From positions 9,895-73,894 of the forward strand of contig CAKZJX010000022.1 in assembly GCA_937120535.1 (NCBI GenBank): DNA of 64,000 nt, in the 5' to 3' direction. The position numbers and the translations under genes are program-made. Below, piece after piece: positions 59,268-64,000 of the stretch (its first letter is position 1; the number at the start of each line of letters is the position of its first letter). The notes under the pieces are model-generated. The model did not search any database. It was given only the letters and a program-made list of their open reading frames with translations, and had not been told where the DNA came from. This stretch comes from an uncultured Anaerolineae bacterium (GTDB taxonomy: Bacteria > Chloroflexota > Anaerolineae > Anaerolineales > Villigracilaceae).

Positions 59268-59469
59268 AGTGCTTCTGCTTGGGTCGAGATGGTTTGCCTG
59301 CCGGCGGTAGGGGCTATGCGACGATCTCGAGGCAACAGGGCGAGAGGGCTATAGCCATGGGAGGACGGGGGAAGGGCCTGCCTCCTCTCTCCCACACATC
59401 CCACCCTGCCACCGAAGCAGATCGCAACCGAAGCATCCATCCCGTTCTGGCTCTTTTATGGGTGTTGTA

Positions 59470-59955
59470 ATGAACCGTTCTGTGTTTCTCAGACGCCTTG
59501 CTTTTTCCCTGGGGATCGGTCTGGTGATCGGCGCGGCAATCACCGAGATCGCCTTCTATTTTTTGCGTGAAGTTGCCCGTCCACCTCAGACGATTGTCAT
59601 CACGATCCCGCTGGGCACGGCCGAGCAAATCAAACGCGGACAGCAGCCCTTGTCGTTGCCGGAGAATATGCTGTTTGTGGTTGGGGATGTGTTGGTTGTG
59701 GTGAATGAGGATACGATTCCCCATCAACTCGGGCCGTTATGGATCCCCCCTGGGACTTCTGCGTCTCTGGAGTTGAATCGGGCCGAGAGCCTGGCGTATG
59801 AGTGTAGTTTTCAGACGAGCAATTATTTGGGTCTCGAGGTGCGTCAGCCGCTCACGCTTTGGACGCGCCTGGTAGGGATTCTTTCGGCCGGCTTGCCGCT
59901 GGGCATTCTCTTGGCGATCTATAGCCTTGTGATGCCGGCCGGCAAGTCGAGCTGA
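59470..59955 (+). CDS. Hypothetical membrane-anchored cupredoxin-like protein
   Basis: TM-domain-TM layout; VGDVLVVVNEDTIPHQLGP...YECS. Confidence 0.55.
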   Translation: MNRSVFLRRLAFSLGIGLVIGAAITEIAFYFLREVARPPQTIVITIPLGTAEQIKRGQQPLSLPENMLFVVGDVLVVVNEDTIPHQLGPLWIPPGTSASLELNRAESLAYECSFQTSNYLGLEVRQPLTLWTRLVGILSAGLPLGILLAIYSLVMPAGKSS

Positions 59956-59967
59956 GTTGGTGGTTGT

Positions 59968-60717
59968 ATGATCGTCCTTCATATGTTTCGTCGCCGCTGG
60001 CTGCCTACCACTCTGCTGGTGATCGCAGCAGCGGCGGTGTGTGTGCGCCTGGGTCTCTGGCAATTGGATCGACTGGAGCAACGCCGCGCGTTCAACGCTC
60101 ATGTGTTGGCGATGCGTGCCCTGCCGCCTTTGGAGTTGAACCGAAGCGGGGAGAGGGATCTGCGCGCCATGGAGTATCGGGCAGTGGTGGCGTGGGGGAC
60201 GTTCGACTTCATCCATCAGGTGGCGTTGCGCAATCAGTACCATCAGGGCCGGCTCGGATATCGCTTGCTCACGCCGCTACGCCTGTCGGATGGTCGGGCC
60301 ATCTTGGTGGATCGGGGTTGGATCCCGGCCGAGGGGAACGAACATCCCGAGGGTTGGATGCGGTATCGGGAGGCCGATCCCGTTGAGGTCCAGGGGGTGA
60401 TCCGCTTGGGGGTGAGCACGACTCCGTTGGGTGGGCGCGCCGATCCGACGTTGGCGCCCGGGCAGGCGCGTTTGGATTTTTGGAATTTTCCCAACGTGGA
60501 ACGTATTGCGGCTCAGATCCCCTATCCTGTGTTGCCGGTGTATATTCAAATGAACCCGATGCCAGGGGATGAGGAACCACCCATCCCGCTGCCGATCGAG
60601 ATCGAATTGACCGAGGGGCCTCATCTGGGATATGCGGTGCAGTGGTTTCTGTTTGCTGCGCTGTTTTTGTTGGGGTACCCTTTCCTGCTGCGAAAGAGGA
60701 TTGCCGAAGCGCCATGA
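59968..60717 (+). CDS. SURF1-family cytochrome oxidase assembly protein
   Basis: LGLWQLDR, LLTPL, ILVDRGWIP, HLGYAVQWF. Confidence 0.93.
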   Translation: MIVLHMFRRRWLPTTLLVIAAAAVCVRLGLWQLDRLEQRRAFNAHVLAMRALPPLELNRSGERDLRAMEYRAVVAWGTFDFIHQVALRNQYHQGRLGYRLLTPLRLSDGRAILVDRGWIPAEGNEHPEGWMRYREADPVEVQGVIRLGVSTTPLGGRADPTLAPGQARLDFWNFPNVERIAAQIPYPVLPVYIQMNPMPGDEEPPIPLPIEIELTEGPHLGYAVQWFLFAALFLLGYPFLLRKRIAEAP

Positions 60718-62039
60718 GGTTTTACCGAGTGTTTTGGGCTTCTGCGTTTCTTCGCCTGGCCTGGGGGGCGGTGTTGTTTCTGTTGCTGGCAACTGTCGTG
60801 GGGCGCTTGACGATTTTGAGCGGCGCGCTGGCGTTTTGCACGGGATGGCCGTTGTGTTGGCCCACTCAGCCGGTTGGCTGGATTGCGATGGGGCATCGCC
60901 TGGCTGTGGCTTTGAGCGGGGTGATGGTGTTCGGGTTGTTATGGAGGGCGTGGCGGTTTTATCGCCACGATGCCGCTGTGTTGCCTTTGACCACGGTGGT
61001 CGCAACGATCTATCTGGGCCAGGTGTTGATCGGAGCAGGGCAGGTCTTGGGGAACTACCCGCTGCATTTGATGGTTTTGCATCGCTTGTCGTCGTTCTCG
61101 CTGTGGGTTGGGTTGGTGGTAATCGTAGCAGTGACGGTGGTGCGTCCGCCGGTGGCTCAGGTGTATCGGCCGGCCCCCTTGGGACGCCGTTTGTTGGATT
61201 TTCTGGCGTTGACCAAGCCGGTAGTGGTTGCGCTCTTGTTGGCCATAACGTTGACGGCGTTGATCGCCGGCTGGGGAGGGTGGCCGCCGTTTTCGCTGTT
61301 TTTGGCGACAGGGGTGGGCGGCGCGCTGGCGGCCGGTGGGGCGTCGGCGTTGAATCAGGTGATCGACCGTGAAGTGGATCGTTTGATGCAGCGCACTCAG
61401 AAGCGGCCGATCCCGGCCGGGCGGATGTTTGCGGCAGAGGGGTTGGCGTTTGCGCTGGCGCTGTGTTTGCTGAGTTATTATGTGTTCGCTGTGTTTGTGA
61501 ATTTTGTGGCGGCGGCGCTCTCGTTGGCGGGAATCGTGTATTATGTCGTGGTGTATAGCCTGTTGCTTAAGAAGACGACGGTGCAGAATATTGTGATCGG
61601 CGGTGGCGCCGGCGCAATTCCCCCGATGGTCGGTTGGGCGGCGGCTACCGGCCGCGTGGATGGGGTGTCGCTCCTGTTGTTTGCGATTGTCTTCTTCTGG
61701 ACACCGTCTCACTTTTGGTCGCTGGCCATCGTTCGTCGCCACGATTACGCCCGGGCCGGCGTGCCGATGTTGCCGGTGGTGCGCGGCGAAGCCGAGACGC
61801 GCCGACAGATTTGGTGGTACACCTTGATCTTGGTGGCGATCACCTTGCTCTTGCCGGCCCTGGGGCAGGCCGGCAGCCTTTACTTGGCGGCTGCTCTGGG
61901 GCTCGGTGCCTGGTTGATCTGGAGCGCCTGGCGGGTATGGACGGGCAGCGGCAACAAGGTGGCCTGGCAGATGTATCGCTGGTCCAGCTTGTACTTGTTC
62001 TTCCTGTTTGTGGCGTTTATGGTGGATCGAATAGTGTAG
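60714..62039 (+). CDS. ctaB: Heme o synthase (protoheme IX farnesyltransferase) with N-terminal half-size CtaA/COX15-like domain
   Basis: N-terminal CTGWPLC...GHRL...LHRL; C-terminal LTKP, NQVIDREVDRLMQRTQKRP, FWTPSHFWSLA; ATGA overlap with SURF1. Confidence 0.9.
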   Translation: MRFYRVFWASAFLRLAWGAVLFLLLATVVGRLTILSGALAFCTGWPLCWPTQPVGWIAMGHRLAVALSGVMVFGLLWRAWRFYRHDAAVLPLTTVVATIYLGQVLIGAGQVLGNYPLHLMVLHRLSSFSLWVGLVVIVAVTVVRPPVAQVYRPAPLGRRLLDFLALTKPVVVALLLAITLTALIAGWGGWPPFSLFLATGVGGALAAGGASALNQVIDREVDRLMQRTQKRPIPAGRMFAAEGLAFALALCLLSYYVFAVFVNFVAAALSLAGIVYYVVVYSLLLKKTTVQNIVIGGGAGAIPPMVGWAAATGRVDGVSLLLFAIVFFWTPSHFWSLAIVRRHDYARAGVPMLPVVRGEAETRRQIWWYTLILVAITLLLPALGQAGSLYLAAALGLGAWLIWSAWRVWTGSGNKVAWQMYRWSSLYLFFLFVAFMVDRIV

Positions 62040-62097
62040 CCTGCGACGAAGGCGCCGACTCTACCTAGACAATATTCCGCCCACGGTTTGAGACCCT

Positions 62098-62382
62098 ATG
62101 AATACGCAATCATCTCGTTGGGCTGGGCTGATTTTGGTTAGGTCAGTTGCGTTTGGCGCCATTCTGCGCTTTACGCCGACGATGGTTGCCGGCTCCCCGA
62201 TTAATGACGGGGGAATGTTTTTCGTGATGATCGAGGATCTGAAAACAAACGGTTTTCTGATTCCTGCGGTTACTTCGTATAATCGTTTTGACATCCCATT
62301 TGCTTATCCGCCTTTTTCTTTTTACGTAGGGGGGATTTTGTCTTTGTTCGGTATCCCCGGGCAGCGTATATGTCGGACGTAA
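62098..62382 (+). pseudogene. Truncated N-terminal fragment of a membrane glycosyltransferase-like (GT-C/GT39-like) gene
   Basis: TM then PINDGGMFFVMI...IPFAYPPFSFY..., ends abruptly after 94 aa; family call is recalled resemblance only. Confidence 0.5.
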
Positions 62383-62453
62383 TTCAAATCATCTCTCGCA
62401 TGAAATTGCCAAAGCGTTCGGCTTCCAGAAATTAGCGCGCAGCCCATCGCATC

Positions 62454-63221
62454 TTGAAATCGTTGCTGCGGCCGACTGTGCAGCGTTTCGCCTTGCCGGC
62501 GGTTGAGTTCGACGAGGATGTGAGCCGTTTCGGCTTCAACGAGGCGGCGCGCCGATTTCTGCGTCATTTCGTCCATGAGATGCATGTGCGCGGCGCCGAG
62601 CGGATTCCCGCCGAAGGGCCGCTGCTGGTCGTCTCCAACCACCCCGGCACGGTGGACGGACTGGCGATTGCCGCCCATCTGCCGCGCCCCGACCTGAAAA
62701 TCGTTGTCTCCGGCGTGCCGTTCATCCGCCACCTTCGTGCCGCTGCCAATCACCTGATTTATTCCAGTTTAGATACGGTTGAACGCATGTTGGTCGTCCG
62801 CTCCGCCATTCGTCATTTGCAGGAAGGCGGAGCGGTGTTGCTTTTCCCCAGCGGCGGCCTGGACCCCGACCCAGCGGCGATGCCCGGGGCATTGCAGGAA
62901 CTCGAAGCCTGGTCGCCTAGCCTGGAGGTCATCCTGCGCCGTGTGCCGGCGGCCCGCGTCGTTGTCACCGCCGTCAGCGGGGTGCTGCACCCGCTCTGGG
63001 CGCGCAGCCCGGTCATCTACCTGCGGCGCGGACGGCGCAATCAGCAGCGCGTGGCCGAGTTCTTCCAGGTCATTCAGCAAGTGCTGTTCCCCAACAGCCT
63101 GCGGGTCAGCCCCTCGGTGTGCTTTGCCGAGCCGATTCTCTTCCCCGCCCAGGGAGATTCCCCCCGCCTGCCCGCCCTGATTGCCCGCGCCAGGGCGCAT
63201 TTCATCACCTCCATGGTATAA
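62454..63221 (+). CDS. Lysophospholipid acyltransferase (PlsC-like); 5' end possibly disrupted
   Basis: IPAEGPLLVVSNHPGTVD, LLFPSG; the track start is TTG with no SD; upstream in-frame ATG 62370 is blocked by TAG 62433. Confidence 0.8.
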   Translation: MKSLLRPTVQRFALPAVEFDEDVSRFGFNEAARRFLRHFVHEMHVRGAERIPAEGPLLVVSNHPGTVDGLAIAAHLPRPDLKIVVSGVPFIRHLRAAANHLIYSSLDTVERMLVVRSAIRHLQEGGAVLLFPSGGLDPDPAAMPGALQELEAWSPSLEVILRRVPAARVVVTAVSGVLHPLWARSPVIYLRRGRRNQQRVAEFFQVIQQVLFPNSLRVSPSVCFAEPILFPAQGDSPRLPALIARARAHFITSMV

Positions 63222-63227
63222 TCCAAA

Positions 63228-64000
63228 ATGAGATATTCCATGAAACTCACCGAACGCAAATGGTTTTACCCGCTGGTTTATTTCCTGCTGGTTTTCATTT
63301 CGTTTTTGCCGCTCTACACCGAGCGCCCCTACGACCCGCGCCAGACCCAGCAGGTCATCCTGGAGATTTTGCAGGTCGCCACGCAGCCTTACGCCGCCTG
63401 GGGCTGGGTGTTCCATGTGCTGACGCTAGCGGCCATCGGACTTGCACTGTGGAAGCCGCAGGCCGGCGGGCGCCTCCTGGCCGCCTATTTTGGCCTGAAC
63501 TACCTGGTGATTGCCGCCGTACAGACGCGCGGCGTGACCGCCTCCTATGGCTTTGCCGTGCATACCGGCGCGCTGGTAGCCGATGTGCTGCTCGGCCTGC
63601 TCTGGCTGTGGGTCGCCTGGAAAGGGGGCCTGCGGATGGACTGGCAGGCCATTCCGCGCTGGCGCTGGCTGCTCTTGCCGCTCGCCCTGCTGACTTTTTG
63701 GTCGCCGATTGGCCGGGAGGGCAGCCGCTTCGTCTTCGACTTCGACCCGCTCTTGCTGCTCACCTCGCCCGATTACGGCCTGGCCTACTGCTTCCTGACG
63801 CCCGTCCTGCTCTTCCTGCTCATCCTGGCCTGGCCGCAGGTAGATGGCTTCGCTCTGCGTGTCACCGCCTTCAACGCCGTGCTGTATGGCCTGTTCAACC
63901 AATCGGCCTGGGCGAGCCCGGATACGGCTGTGATGGCCGTCATGCATCTGCCGCTGCTCCTCCTGGGGCTGGTGGCGCTCTTCCTGCCGCGCTTTGCGCC
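63228..64000 (+). CDS. Multi-pass membrane protein, runs off window end (absent from the ORF track)
   Basis: ATG 63228 (or 63240) with frame open to the end (MRYSMKLTERKWFYPLVYFLLVFISFLP...); extended -10 TGgTATAAT 5 nt upstream. Confidence 0.75.
   Translation, partial: MRYSMKLTERKWFYPLVYFLLVFISFLPLYTERPYDPRQTQQVILEILQVATQPYAAWGWVFHVLTLAAIGLALWKPQAGGRLLAAYFGLNYLVIAAVQTRGVTASYGFAVHTGALVADVLLGLLWLWVAWKGGLRMDWQAIPRWRWLLLPLALLTFWSPIGREGSRFVFDFDPLLLLTSPDYGLAYCFLTPVLLFLLILAWPQVDGFALRVTAFNAVLYGLFNQSAWASPDTAVMAVMHLPLLLLGLVALFLPRFA

Overview
64 kb of high-GC bacterial chromosome. Chloroflexota, probably Anaerolineae, is an inference from gene content and the Pro/Thr-linker lipoproteins. It is mostly housekeeping: mutS2, coaBC, guaA, infC-rpmI-rplT, tRNA-Phe/Gly/Cys, tyrS, lgt, ftsK, PNP and nusA-ylxR-infB-rbfA-nrnA-truB-ribF. 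It also holds a four-gene NAD-linked formate dehydrogenase operon, a 1840-aa PAS/GAF HD-GYP protein and a heme-copper oxidase assembly cluster (SCO, SURF1, CtaA-CtaB fusion). No CRISPR array, rRNA, prophage or intact transposase was seen. The main signal is in the intergenic DNA: two families of non-autonomous, TIR-bounded MITE-like elements. (1) Two inverted 164-bp copies (17988-18151, 29159-29322) bracket an 11-kb block whose G/C skew looks opposite to its flanks. One 10-bp sequence (CAATTTCGCT) is split between the two copies, as expected if the element inverted the block. Both copies sit 8-9 nt upstream of the -35 box of translation-machinery promoters. (2) A ~335-bp element occurs twice (6086-6424, 29776-30108); the second copy has a perfect 8-bp target duplication (TATAATCG) that contains the putative -10 box of the HD-GYP gene. 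Protein-level highlights: a vasohibin-like Cys-His-Ser protease coupled to an amidohydrolase, a kinase-less 7TM-to-HTH receptor, a degenerate VWA/FHA protein coupled to PP2C, and a secreted beta-propeller/OB-fold protein behind a macrodomain. All family assignments come from motif recognition, with no database searches; counts and alignments were done by hand.
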